DNA of 64,000 bases, taken from NCBI RefSeq assembly GCF_009914755.1, contig NC_060934.1. One strand, written 5' to 3'. Made by a program: the position numbers and the translations under genes. Positions 1-16,445 of the stretch are shown in pieces. Under the pieces are notes generated by a model, which saw only the letters and a list, made by a program, of their open reading frames with translations, was not told the origin of the DNA and did no database searches. This DNA is from the human T2T-CHM13v2.0 reference genome, Homo sapiens. The first letter of the stretch is position 1. Each line of letters opens with the position of its first letter.

Positions 1-654
1 ACTAGACAAAATGGACCTGATATACAGAACATTCCATTCAACAGTAGCAGAATATGCACATTTTTCTCACTCAAACATGTAACATTCTCCAGGACAGATT
101 ATTTGTTAGGCCACAAGATAAGTTTTAACAAATTTAAAATTAAAATTATATCAAGTATGTTTTCTGTCAACAGTGGCATGAAACCATAAATCCGTAACAG
201 GAGGAAAATTGGAAAATTCACAAATATGTGGAAATTAAGCAACACACTCCTGAACAACCAAAGGTCAAAGAAGAAATGAAAGGGGAAGTAAAAAATATCT
301 TGAAACAAACAAAAATGGAAACATAACATACCAAAACATGGAATGCAGCAAAAGCAGTTCTAAAAGAGAATTTTATAGCAATAAATGCCTACATTAAGAA
401 TAAGGAATGATCTTAAATAAACAACTTAATATTGGACCTCATGGAACTAGAAAAATAAGAACAAAGTAAAACCAAAGTTAGAAGAAGGAATGAAATAATA
501 AAGATTAGAGCACAAATAAATGAAATAAAGAGTAGAAAAACAATACAAAAGATCAACAAAACTGAGTTAGTTTTTTGAGAAGATAAAATCAACAAACATT
601 TAGCTAGAATTTAAAAAAGGAGGGAATATCCAAATAGAATAATAAATGAAAAAT
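1..654 (+). mobile_element. Old L1M (L1MA/MB-type) ORF2 fragment, left part; outer layer of nested L1 stack
   Basis: Degenerate L1 ORF2 endonuclease/linker sequence (ctagacaaaatggacct...acattccattcaacagtagcagaatatgcaca); ORF2 coordinates resume at ~12791. Confidence 0.8.
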
Positions 655-2940
655 GAGGAGAGGGATTAAAGATGGCCAACTAGCTGGATCTGGGATGCAC
701 CTCTTCTACAGAGAGGAACCAAAATATTGAGTAAACCCTCACACTTTCAACAGATCTTTTGAGAGAAAACACTGAAATTTAATATATAGGCCATGACAGA
801 CATGATTGAAGAAGTAGGAAGCAACACTGCTGGCTCAGTATTGCCAGACACCTTAGGACCAGAATGGACCCAAGGAAGGTGTGAGTGAAGAAACCCGGGA
901 ACACCACTTTCCCACTGTCAACCTCTGAAATTCTAGAGGAGTTCCCACAACCCCTGAATACGTTTGGATTGGTAGGAGGAGCTGCCTGGAGACCATACAG
1001 AGGCACTACTTGAAGCCACAAGGAGCCCAAAAGCCTTCAGTGTGCTAGGCAGCTGCAGCAAAACGTGACTCTGGGCACCCACCCCCGAGTGCCCTGCATC
1101 CGAGCGGCTACATCTGCTGTCTGCCACACCAGGATAGAGTGGGGCCCATGCATGTTCACATGACCAATTCAGGATCCACCACCATTCCTGCAGGACTGAG
1201 GTGAATCTAAACCACACACGACCATGCCTGCCAGTCCCTCCTAAGATTGCCTGCCTGGCCATTGCTGTGGAGTGGGACCCACAGCATAGCCTCCATTGCC
1301 CCACCTGAGTGGTTTATTGGCTACCTGGGAACACTTTACTCCTCCTATCACTGCCAGTGGTTGATCCTAAGGAGCCAGAGGACAAATCCACTGGCCTGGT
1401 CTCAGTTTGCCAGGACTCAAGCATACCACCCAGGAATATGGGGATGAGATCTGTGGCCTGATCTCAAGCAGGGGAGGAACCCCCACTGTCAGAACACAGG
1501 GAAGAGTGTGGTGTGGGTTTTTCAGGTGATACAGAAGCTGGGCACCCCTCCCTTCATGAGAATAGACTAGGAAGGGTATAGCCTCATAGCCTTGCTTTCT
1601 GCTGCAGGGAGTCTTGCATTCTGGAATGCCTGGGATGGCATGGCAGTCTGGGCACAGGTGGTTTGGGATTTGCATAACTAATTGGGCCGGCTGCCAGGGT
1701 GGACACTGGAGGGAGACCCACCAGTCAGGGGTGTAGAAGCTGAGTGGGCCTCATGGCCATCTGCTGGAATGAAATCCCAGGGCTAGCCCTCTTACCCTGA
1801 ACCAGCTCTTGTGGCACAGAAGAGGTGCCTGCACCCCTCCCTAGAGTGTTGTTCCAGCTGCCTGAGAACTGCCCCTACAGCCCTACCAAGGTCACGTCTG
1901 CCTCAGAGAGCCTGATCACGGGCTCACCAGACCCAGTCCCACCCAGCTTTGCCCCCTCTAGCCAGCCTTGGGAGCAGAGCATGGGATGGGACCACTGAGA
2001 GCTCCACACCCCCCACCCATCACCAAGAACACTCTTGTATTCCTTATCAACAAAGGCCAAGTAAAAATCCCACTGTCATCACTGCAGCTGCCTCTCACCT
2101 GCCAGCATCACCTACTGGCCAGGAGGTCAAAACTGCATGTCCTGTCGCAGCAACTGTTGATATCATTGCACAGCACTCAGACAGCTCTTACCTGCAGGCA
2201 TCACCTGCTGGCCTGTAGGGTGAACTGCACAACCCAATATAATTCCTGCTGACAAGTACACAGCTCTAAGGAATGAGGTAAGTTTCCCCCAAAAGACCTC
2301 CAACTTTGCATCTCTATAGGAGACAGTGAGCCTTACCACATATACAGCATACCACTACTACAAACTACAAACAATTAACATTTGAGAAAACAACTACACT
2401 AAGGCTATCTGTAACCAAGGAATTTATACAGAGCCTTGGCCCCCTAAAAGCACGTAGAAGCAAAGCCAAAGGACACAACCCAACATATGCAAGAGTCACA
2501 CCCTCAAGGGGCAACGAAAAATAATCCCACCCAAATGAAGATAAATCCAAAAATAATAAGTGCCAGCTTCTACACATGAGAAGGAACCAGCACAAGAGCT
2601 CCAACACCAGGAAGAAATAGAATGTTGTGACACCCCTAAAGGACCACATTAGCTCTCTAGCAATGAATCTTAATGAAAATGAAAACTTTGAAATGACAGA
2701 TAAAGAATTTAAGATATGGACTGTTAAGAAGCCTAGTGAGATACAAGAGAAAGTTGAAAACCAAAGCAACTAGAGAAACAATCTAAGAGATGAAAGACAA
2801 CATAGATATATTTTTTAAAAAACAAATGGAATATCTGAAAATGATAAATTTGCTGAAGGAACTTCAAAACACTGTTGAAAGCCTTAACAATAGACTAGAC
2901 AAACCAGAAGAAAGATTTCAGAGCTTGACGACTAGTCTTT
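655..2940 (+). mobile_element. L1PB4/L1PBa-like element, 5'UTR and start of ORF1 (interrupted by L1PA)
   Basis: L1 5' start motif gaggagagggattaaagatggccaactag, GC-rich 5'UTR, degenerate ORF1 coiled-coil region 2500-2940; continues after 8994. Confidence 0.75.
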
Positions 2941-2958
2941 CAAATTAACCCAATCAGA
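2941..2958 (+). repeat. Target-site duplication, left copy (caaattaacccaatcaga)
   Basis: Identical 18-mer at 8977-8994 directly after the A-tail. Confidence 0.95.
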
Positions 2959-3088
2959 AAATGGCCGAATAGGAACAGCTCCGGTCTACAGCTCCCAGCG
3001 TGAGCGACGCAGAAGACGGGTGATTTCTGCATTTCCATCTGAGGTACCGGGTTCATCTCACTAGGGAGTGCCAGAGAGTGGGCACAGG

Positions 3089-3397
3089 TCAGTGGGTGCG
3101 CGCACCATGCGTGAGCCGAAGCAGGGTGAGGCATTGCCTCACTCGGGAAGCGCAAGGGGTCAGGGAGTTCCCTTTCCTAGTCAAAGAAAGGGGTGACAGA
3201 CGGCACCTGGAAAATCGGGTCACTCCCACCCGAATATTGCGCTTTTCTGACGGGCTTAAAAAACGGCACACCACGAGATTATATCCCGCACCTGGCTCAG
3301 AGGGTCCTACGCCCACGGAGTCTCGCTGATTGCTAGCACAGCAGTCTGAGATCAAACTGCAAGGCAGCAGCGAGGCTGGGGGAGGGGCGCCCGCCAT
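3089..3397 (-). CDS. L1 antisense ORF0 (102-aa extended form)
   Basis: MAGAPPPASLLPCSLISDCCASNQRDSVGVGPSEPG... from ATG at 3397 in strong Kozak context (GCA ATG G); open to 3089. Confidence 0.7.
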   Translation of the reverse strand: MAGAPPPASLLPCSLISDCCASNQRDSVGVGPSEPGAGYNLVVCRFLSPSEKRNIRVGVTRFSRCRLSPLSLTRKGNSLTPCASRVRQCLTLLRLTHGARTH

Positions 3398-3852
3398 TGC
3401 CCAGGCTTCCTTAGGTAAACAAAGCAGCCCAGAAGCTGGAACTGGGTGAAGCCCACCACAGCTCAAGGAGGCCTGCCTGCCTCTGTAGGCTCCACCTCTG
3501 GGGGCAGGGCACAGACAAACAAAAAGACAGCAGTAACCTCTGCAGACTTAAATGTCCCTGTCTGACAGCTTTGAAGAGAGCAGTGGTTCTCCCAGTACGC
3601 AGCTGGAGATCTGAGAACGGGTAGACTGCCTCCTCAAGTGGGTCCCTGACCCCTAACCCCCGAGCAGCCTAACTGGGAGGCACCCCCCAGCAGGGGCACA
3701 CTGACACCTCACACGGCAGGGTACTCCAACAGACCTACAGCTGAGGGTCCTGTCTGTTAGAAGGAAAACTAACAAACAGAAAGGACATCCACACCAAAAA
3801 CCCATCTGTACATCACCATCATCAAAGACCAAAAGTAGATAAAACCACAAAG

Positions 3853-4869
3853 ATGGGGAAAAAACAGAACAGAAAAAGTGGAAACTCTAAAAAGCAGAGC
3901 GCCTCTCCTCCTCCAAAGGAACGCAATTCCTCACCAGCAATGGAACAAAGCTGGACGGAGAACGACTTTGACGAGCTGAGAGAAGAAGGCTTCAGACGAT
4001 CAAATTACTCTGAGCTACGGGAGGACATTCAAACCAAAGGCAAAGAAGTTGAAAACTTTGAAAAAAATTTAGAAGAATGTATAACTAGAATAACCAATAC
4101 AGAGAAGTGCTTAAAGGAGCTGATGGAGCTGAAAACCAAGGCTCGAGAACTACGTGAAGAATGCAGAAGCCTCAGGAGCCAATGCGATCAACTGGAAGAA
4201 AGGGTATCAGCGATGGAAGATGAAATGAATGAAATGAAGCGAGAAGGGAAGTTTAGAGAAAAAAGAATAAAAAGAAATGAGCAAAGCCTCCAAGAAATAT
4301 GGGACTATGTGAAAAGACCAAATCTACATCTGATTGGTGTACCTGAAAGTGATGGGGAGAATGGAACCAAGTTGGAAAACACTCTGCAGGATATTATCCA
4401 GGAGAACTTCCCCAATCTAGCAAGGCAGGCCAACATTCAGATTCAGGAAATACAGAGAATGCCACAAAGATACTCCTCGAGAAGAGCAACTCCAAGACAC
4501 ATAATTGTCAGATTCACCAAAGTTGAAATGAAGGAAAAAATGTTAAGGGCAGCCAGAGAGAAAGGTCAGGTTACCCTCAAAGGGAAGCCCATCAGACTAA
4601 CAGCGGATCTCTCGGCAGAAACCCTACAAGCCAGAAGAGAGTGGGGGCCAATATTCAACATTCTTAAAGAAAAGAATTTTCAACCCAGAATTTCATATCC
4701 AGCCAAACTAAGCTTCATAAGTGAAGGAGAAATAAAATCCTTTACACACAAGCAAATGCTGAGAGATTTTGTCACCAGCAGGCCTGCCCTAAAAGAGCTC
4801 CTGAAGGAAGCACTAAACATGGAAAGGAACAACCGGTACCAGCCGCTGCAAAATCATGCCAAAATGTAA
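3853..4869 (+). CDS. L1 ORF1p (338 aa, open frame; R159H and T203M substitutions)
   Basis: MGKKQNRK...YQPLQNHAKM; REKG, ARR and YPAKLS motifs present. Confidence 0.95.
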   Translation: MGKKQNRKSGNSKKQSASPPPKERNSSPAMEQSWTENDFDELREEGFRRSNYSELREDIQTKGKEVENFEKNLEECITRITNTEKCLKELMELKTKARELREECRSLRSQCDQLEERVSAMEDEMNEMKREGKFREKRIKRNEQSLQEIWDYVKRPNLHLIGVPESDGENGTKLENTLQDIIQENFPNLARQANIQIQEIQRMPQRYSSRRATPRHIIVRFTKVEMKEKMLRAAREKGQVTLKGKPIRLTADLSAETLQARREWGPIFNILKEKNFQPRISYPAKLSFISEGEIKSFTHKQMLRDFVTSRPALKELLKEALNMERNNRYQPLQNHAKM

Positions 4870-4905
4870 AGACCATCGAGACTAGGAAGAAACTGCATGA
4901 ACTAA

Positions 4906-8753
<3,848 letters not shown>

Positions 8754-8976
8754 ACAATGAGATCACATGGACACAGGAAGGGGAACATCACACTCTGGGG
8801 ACTGTTGTGGGGTGGGGCGGGGGGGAGGGATAGCATTGGGAGATATACCTAATGCTAGATGACGAGTTAGTGGGTGCAGTGCACCAGCGTGGCACATGTA
8901 TACATATGTAACTAACCTGCACAATGTGCACATGTACCCTAAAACTTAAAGTATAATAATAAAAGAAAAAAAAAAA

Positions 8977-8994
8977 CAAATTAACCCAATCAGA
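8977..8994 (+). repeat. Target-site duplication, right copy
   Basis: Identical to 2941-2958. Confidence 0.95.
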
Positions 8995-11900
8995 CAAAAA
9001 ATAAGTTTTGTAAATGAACAAAGTCTTCAAGAAATACAGGATTATGTAAAGCTACCAAAACTGTGACTTACAGGCATTCTTGATGGAGAAGAGGAAAAAG
9101 TAGAAAGCTTGGAAAAATATTTGAGGGGATAATTTAGGAAAATCACCCAATCTTCTAGAGATGTAGACATCAAGATACAAGAAATTCAGAGAGCACCTGA
9201 AAAATACTGTACAACATTAACATGACCAAGGCATATAGTCATTAGGCTATTCAAAGTCAATATGAAAGAAAAATCTTAAAGGCAGCTAGAGACAAGTGTC
9301 AAATCACCTATGAAGGAAGCTCATCAACCTAATGGTAGACATCTCAGCAGCAACCTTGTAAAACATAAGAGATTAGAGGCCTATTTTTAACCACCTTGAA
9401 AAAATGTCAGACATGAATTTTATATCCTGCCAAACTAAGCTTCATAATTGAAGGAGAAATAGTCTTTCCCAGATAAGCACACATAGAGAGAATTCATCAC
9501 CACTACACCATCTTACAAGAAATGCTCAAAGGAGTTCTGAACATGGCAATGAAAGGATAATACTCACCATCATATAAAGCACAGGTAAGTAGAAACCTCA
9601 AAGATCCAATAAAGCAGTTACACAACTGAGACTCCAAGGCACCTAGCTAACAAAACTATGATGGGAAAAAAACACACATATTAATATTAACCTTGAACAT
9701 AAAAGGCCTAAATATTCCATTTAAAAAATAAACACTAGCAAATTGGATAAAAGAAGCAGGACTTAACCATCTGCTGCCTACCAGAGACCCACCTAATGGC
9801 AAAAGACAACTACAGACTCAAAGTAAAGGGACTAGCAGAAGAAGAGAAATAACAAAGAGCAGAACCAAATGAGATTGAGACCAAAAAAAAATGATGAAAA
9901 GGATCAACATAATGAAGAGTTTGTTCTTTGAATGGATAAACAAAATTGGTAGACCACTAACTAGTTTAATGAAGAAAAAAGAGAGAAAATTCAAGTAAGC
10001 ACAATCAGAAATGATAAAGGTGACAGTATTGCTGATACAACAGAAATACAAAAGCTCATCAGGGGTTACTATGAGCATCTCTATGTGCACAAACTAGATA
10101 ACCTAGAAGAAATATGTGAATTCCTGGAACACACAACTTCCTGAGATTGAATCAGGAAGAAATAGAAATCCTGAACAGACAAATTATGAGTAAGGAAATT
10201 GAATCAATAGTAAAAAAAAACCTTCCAACAACAAAAAAGCCCAGGACCAGAGAGATTTACAGGACAGTTTTGCCTTATCTACAAAGGAGAGCAGGTACCA
10301 GTCTTACAGAAACTATTCCAAAATACCAAGGCAGGAAGGATACCTCCCTAACTCTTTCTGTGATACTTGTTATCTCCCTGATGAATATAAATGTAACAAT
10401 CCTCAACAAAATTCTAGCAAACCAGATTTATCGCACATCAAAAACAAAATGTATCACAATCAAGTGTGTTTTATTTCAGGGATGCAAAGATGGTTCAACA
10501 TTTGCAAGTCAGTAAATGTGATTCACCATATATGCAGAATTAAAAAGAAAAACGATATGATCATGTCAATCAATAGATGCAGAAGAGGCTGTTGGTAAAA
10601 TTCAATGTCACTTCATGTTAAAAACCCTCAAAAACTAGGCATTGAAGGAACGTACCTAAAAATAGTAAGAATCATATATGACAAAGTCACAGCCAACATC
10701 ATATTGAATGGGGAAACGTTGAAAGCATTCACCCTAAGAACTGGAACAAGACAAGGATGCCTACTCACACCACTTCTATTCAACATAGTACTGGAAGTCC
10801 TAGACAGAACAGTTGGGCAAGAGAAAGAAACAAAAGGCATCCAGATTGGAAAAGAGGAAATCAAATTATCTCTGGTCACTGATGACATGCCCCCATACCT
10901 AGAAAATCCTAAAGACTCCTAGACTTGATAAACAACTTCAGTAAAGTTTTAGGATATAGAATGAATGTACATAAACCAGTAGCATTTCTGTATACTGTTA
11001 CTGAATCTGAGAACCAAATCACGAACTCTATCCCATTTACAGTAGTCACACACAAAAATAAAATAACTAGGAATACATTGAACCAAAGAGGTGAAAGTTC
11101 TCTACAGGAAGATTACACAAATGGAAAAATATCTCGTGCTCATGGATTGGAAGACTCAATATTGTTAAAAATGACCACAATGCCCAAAGGAATCTGCAGA
11201 TTCAAAGCAATCCCTAATTACCAATGTCATTCTTCACAGAATTAGAAAAAACAATCCTGAAGTTCATATGGACCAAAAAAAGAGCCTGAATAGCCAAAGC
11301 AATCTTAAGCAAAAAGAACAAAGCCAGAGACATCAGATTACCTAACTTCAGATTATACTACAAGGCTGAACAGCATGTTACTGATATCGTGATACCATGA
11401 TAAAGATGGACACATAGATCAGAGGAATAGAACAAAGAACTCATAAATAAAGTGACATACCTACAACCAACTGACTTTCAGCAGATTCAACAAAAATAAA
11501 CAATGGGGAAAGGACATCCTATTCAGTAAGTGGTGCTGGGAAATTGGCCAACCACATGCAGAAAAATGAAACTGGACCTCTGTGTCTCATCATATTAAAA
11601 AATTAACTCAAGATGGATTAAAGACCCATAAATGTAAGATGTGAAACTTAAAATCCTGAAAGAAAACCTAGGAAAAACTATTCTGGACATTGGCTTAGGC
11701 AAAGAATTTATGACTAAGACCCCAAAAGAAAATAAAACAAGAACAAAAGTACACAGGTGGGACTTAATTAAACCAAAAAGCCTGTTCACAGCAAAAGAAA
11801 TAACAGAGTAAGCAGACAACCTACAGAATGAGAGAAAACATTTGCAAGTCATACCTCCGACAAAGAACTAATATCCAGAATCTACAATGAACCCAAATAA

Positions 11901-12790
11901 CTCAGCAAGAGAAAAACAACCCCATTAAATATTGGTCAAAGGACATGGACAGACATTTCTTAAAAGAAGACATAAAGTTGCCAACAAACATTTTAAAAAT
12001 GCTTAATATCACTAATCATCAGAGAAGTGCAAATTGAAGCCACAATGAGATATTATCTTATACCAGTCAGAATGGCTATGATTAAAAGTCAGAAAACAAC
12101 AGATGTTGGCATGGATGCAGAGAGAAGGGTATTCTTATACACTGTTGGTGGGAATGCAAATTAGTACAACCGCTATGGAAAACAGTTTGGAGATTCCTGA
12201 AAAAACTAAAAATGGAATTACCATTCAATTCAGCAATGCCACTACTGGGCTTCTACCCAAAGGAAAAGAAATCATTATATAAGAAAGACACCTTTATGTA
12301 TGTTTATCGCAGAACTACTCACAATAGCAGAGTCATGGAATCAACCTAAGTGTATATCAGTGGATAATTGGATAAAGAAAATGTGGTCCATATATACCAT
12401 GAAATACTATGCAGTCATAAAAACAAATGAAATTATGTCCTTTTTAGAAGTTTCTACATGGATGGAGCTGGAGGCCATTATACTAAGTGAAATAACTCAG
12501 TAACAGAAAAGCGAATACTGCACATTCTCACTTGTAAGTGGGAGCTAAACAGTGGTTACATATAGATGCAAAGATGTAAATATCAGACGTTGGAGACTCC
12601 AAAAAGGGGGAAGGTAAAAGGGGAATTCGGATTTTTATAATTCGAATTTACAATTTTACAATTGGGTACAGCTTGTTCACTGTTTGGATTATGGGTACAT
12701 TAGAAGCCCAAACCTCACTATTATGTAATATATCTATGTGATAAACCTGCACATGTGCCCCCCAAATCTAAAATCTTAAAAAAAGAAATT
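8995..12790 (+). mobile_element. L1PB4-like element, remainder (ORF1 3' half, degenerate ORF2 with internal deletion, 3'UTR)
   Basis: ORF1/ORF2 remnants ([19 protein letters not shown]); 3' end ...gggtacattagaagcccaaacctcactattatg...aaacctgcacatgtgccccccaaatctaaaat resembles L1PB4. Confidence 0.75.
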
Positions 12791-13380
12791 TATAAGGAAA
12801 AGGGTACACTACAACTGATACTAAACAAAGACAGAGGATGATAGGAGACTGTTATGAACAGTTATACACTAACAGATTGGATAATCCTGAAGAAATGGAT
12901 AAATGAATAGAAACGTACAACCTACCAAGATATACCATGAAGAAACAGAAGATATAACAGACCAAGGAAGGAGATTGAAGCTGTAATCAAAAATCTCCCA
13001 ACAAAGACAAGTCAAGATGAGATGGCTTCATTGGTTAATTGTACTAATCATTTAAGGAAGAATTAATGACAAGTGGTCAACTTGTAGAATCAGTTCTTCT
13101 CAAATTCTTCTAGAAATTTGAAGATAAAGGAATACTGCCAAAGTCATTCTGTAAGACCAGCATTGTTATGATATCAAATTCAAATAAGAACACAAGAAAA
13201 TTATAGGCCAGCATCTCTGGTGAAGGTAAATGCAAAAATCCTCAACAAGATAATAGCAAATTGAATTCAGTAGGAAATTTAAAATATCATACACCATGAT
13301 CAACTGGGACTTACTCCTGGGATGCAAGAATGGTTTAACCTATGCAGATAAAAAATGTGACATAAGACATTAATATTCTG
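12791..13380 (+). mobile_element. Old L1M ORF2 fragment, right part (continuation of 1-654)
   Basis: aaaagggtacactacaactgatac picks up ORF2 where 1-654 stopped. Confidence 0.75.
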
Positions 13381-14819
13381 ATATTCACAGATCTGTAACA
13401 TAATGTCAAAGATCTAAATTATATTGGGAAATATAATATGCTATTGAAATTGTTAAGTATGTAGTAAGTACCTTTAAAAAGCTATTATCTGTGAATGAAA
13501 CTCCAAATTAGGATTAAGTTCTTAAAAGAATCATATGGAAAAAGGAGTATTTTATTGTAAATATTAAACTAGGACATGTTTGTTATTAAAAATAAAATTT
13601 ATACAGTAAGTGCTATTGACTTAAAATACTATCAACTTTATTCTCTGTAGAGAAGAAAGTATAAGTTGGCAATGTTCCAACATGTCTGTATTAATCTTAC
13701 AAGATCTTGTGGTTCAGCCAAAAACTCTCATGCTTGTGTCAGTTAAACTTTTTAAGTATAACTTTTGAAACACCTGTCTTAAAGGCATCCTTATGCTTTC
13801 AGTTTTTAAAACATATATAAAACTGATCTGATAATGTGAAATATTGTTCAACATGTTAGCTATTTCTTAATGTTTTGCAATTGGTGAGTTTTAAAACTGT
13901 CCCAAGTTAACAGCGATTTAAAAACATTTTTCTCACATGTAGTTTTTAAAGCTCTCTAGAAATTGACATGTTTAAAAACTGCCAAGACAATTAAACTTTT
14001 TATGTTAAAAATGTTTAAAACTCTGATCATATAGCACATAGTAATAACGCTTTCTTGGGCATAAATTATAATAAAATACTATAAGTAATACATGTAAAGA
14101 ATGTATCAGTCACTATCTAAGCCTTGAAGCAAATTGTATTCATCCTTCAAGATTCAGTTGAACCTACTCTTTGGAATCATTTTCAACCAGAGGTGGTGTA
14201 TGATTTAGAAAAGATTGAGCACATGGCTTCTAGTCTTCGCTGTACCATCTCTTGAGTTCCACTTGTACATATGTAAAATGAAAGCAATGGGCCAGATGAC
14301 CCCTGAGTGTTGTTTTATTTTTTAGCTCTACTTATAAGGGAACACTTCCATTTGCACTAAATATACTGTATGAATGTTTAAGTATTTCTGGGTATCTTGA
14401 GTATTCAGAGGTGGCACTAATGAAGGAGTGTAGGCTTTCCCTGCAATGTTGAACCTTGGTGTACATTTTGTCCTCTTTAAAAAACCAATCAAACAAATTT
14501 GCTACCTAGAATACAGTGTGTATAGGTCTTTTGGTCATTAGCCTTATAATAGGTAGTCATTTAAAATATTTTCCAAAGTTACTTAGGTAATTTCTTGTTT
14601 TCCATACCTCATTCATAATAGTTTTATTACTGTTGGTATTGTATTTTTCATTCTCCCTATCTGCTGGATGATTTAAATTATTTATTTTTTGAGGGAATAG
14701 GAAACATTGCCATAGTTATATAAATAAGCTCTACAAAAGGGTGTACTCAGGGAAGTATCAATCCTCCCCCTATGCCTACTACCCTGTTTCCATTCTCCTT
14801 CCAGTTATTAAATTTGTCA

Positions 14820-16445
14820 TAGAGATTTGGGTTGTTCTGAAACTACTTAAGTGTATACTGGGATATAACAAGTAAGTAAATATGTTTCAGATAATAAGAC
14901 CCAGATTTCTCACCGTAAGATAAAAGGCTAGTGTGTTCAGGGCTATGGTGTTCAGTTGGAATTGGAAGTATCAGTATGAACTTATGGTTCTGAATATATA
15001 TAAAAACAGATAAATATGAAAATATAGATGGGGTATGTTAGTGTACATACATATATTTCCAAGCCCTGCCTACTAACAAGACATGAAAGCAGTGACACCC
15101 AGTAGTAGTGAACATAGATAATACCCAGATCTAGGATTTAAATACCATTCTCCAGTAGAAGGTACTATGCCGCCTTGGAGAAATGGCTGATTCTATATCT
15201 AGGGCAGGGAAAATGGAAGATGAGCCTAGAATAGTAAGTACACATAAATAAGTAAAAATAAATTTCAGGTGCAGCGGCATGCACCTGCAATCCCTGCTAC
15301 TCAGGAGGCTTTGTAATCCCAACTACTCGGGAGGCTGAGGCAGGAGGATCGCTTGAGACCAAGAGTTTGAGACCAACCTGGGCAACTTAGCAAGACTCCA
15401 TCTCAAAAAATGAATGACTAAATGAATGAATGATGAGAGCATGTCAAAAAAACACAGGAGCCAACTTGAAGGAGTTCCCAATAGCCAATTCTGGAGCAAT
15501 TTTAGCAGCAAAATAAATAATGATAGCATTATTATAATCCAGAAAATAAAAGAAATATCCATCCATCTGTATTGATATAAATACTTAAACACCTGGGAGG
15601 GAAAGGACAGGTCTTCCTTACAGTAGAAATCCAATTATAAATTAATAAGTAAATATGGAAATGGAGACTCACCATTAGGCAAATATCATGGTAATAATTG
15701 TTTAAAAGAACTATCAATGGATATTAAAATAAGTGGGTGAAAGTGTCATGAGAAAAAAGATTTTTTGCATAATTTTGAAGTATTTTCCCAGAAGATAATT
15801 AATAATTGCTAAGAGAAACATCACAACTGGTGTGGAAAAATAAACCTGGCAGGCACCACCTTAACCAGATGATCAATTACAGATGATAATATCACCAGTA
15901 ATAAGACATAGTGACATACCATGTGCCACTAGTGTGGTATATTGACAAGGGCACCTATTGCTTTAGTTCTGTTTTTGCTCAAAATACATCACCTCAATCT
16001 AATAATTAGAAAACATCAGAGAAATCCAAGTTGAGGGGCATATGACAAAATCAGTGCCCAGTACGCTTCAAAAGTGTCAATGTCAAGGTCATAAAATACA
16101 AATAAAGACAGAAGCAACTTGTCAAAGACAAACAGATTGGATTATCAAATTTTGGTAGAGGTTACAGGAGGTTATGGACACATGATACAGTGTAGCATAC
16201 TAAATTGGCTCCTGGGCCAGAAAAAAAAAAAAGGATTATTAGTGGGGAAACTGGAAAAGGGCAAATAAGGTCCCTAGATAAGTTAATAGCATTGTATAAT
16301 GTTAATTTTATATCTTTCATAACACTGCTGTGATTATGTCATGTTCTCTTTAGGGGATACTGGTTAAAGGGTATACAAGAATGTTGATTTTTTACAGCTT
16401 TTCTGTAAGTCTGAAATTTTTCAAATTGAGATACTTTGAAAATTT
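14820..16445 (+). mobile_element. L1MC-like 3' region (interrupted by Alu monomer)
   Basis: Typical L1MC/MD 3'UTR text (ggcaccaccttaacc, ttttctgtaagtctgaaatttttcaaa). Confidence 0.55.
15266..15410 (+). mobile_element. FLAM_A-like Alu monomer with internal 26-bp tandem duplication
   Basis: ggaggctgaggcaggaggatcgcttgag...gagaccaacctgggcaac...ccatctcaaaaaa, followed by (TGAA)n. Confidence 0.8.

Noticed and set aside
99-2769. Many 60-135 aa ORFs on both strands
   Set aside because: All fall within degenerate L1 sequence; no independent coding evidence
8797-8829. G-quadruplex-like G-tract
   Set aside because: Standard feature of every primate L1 3'UTR; not specific to this locus
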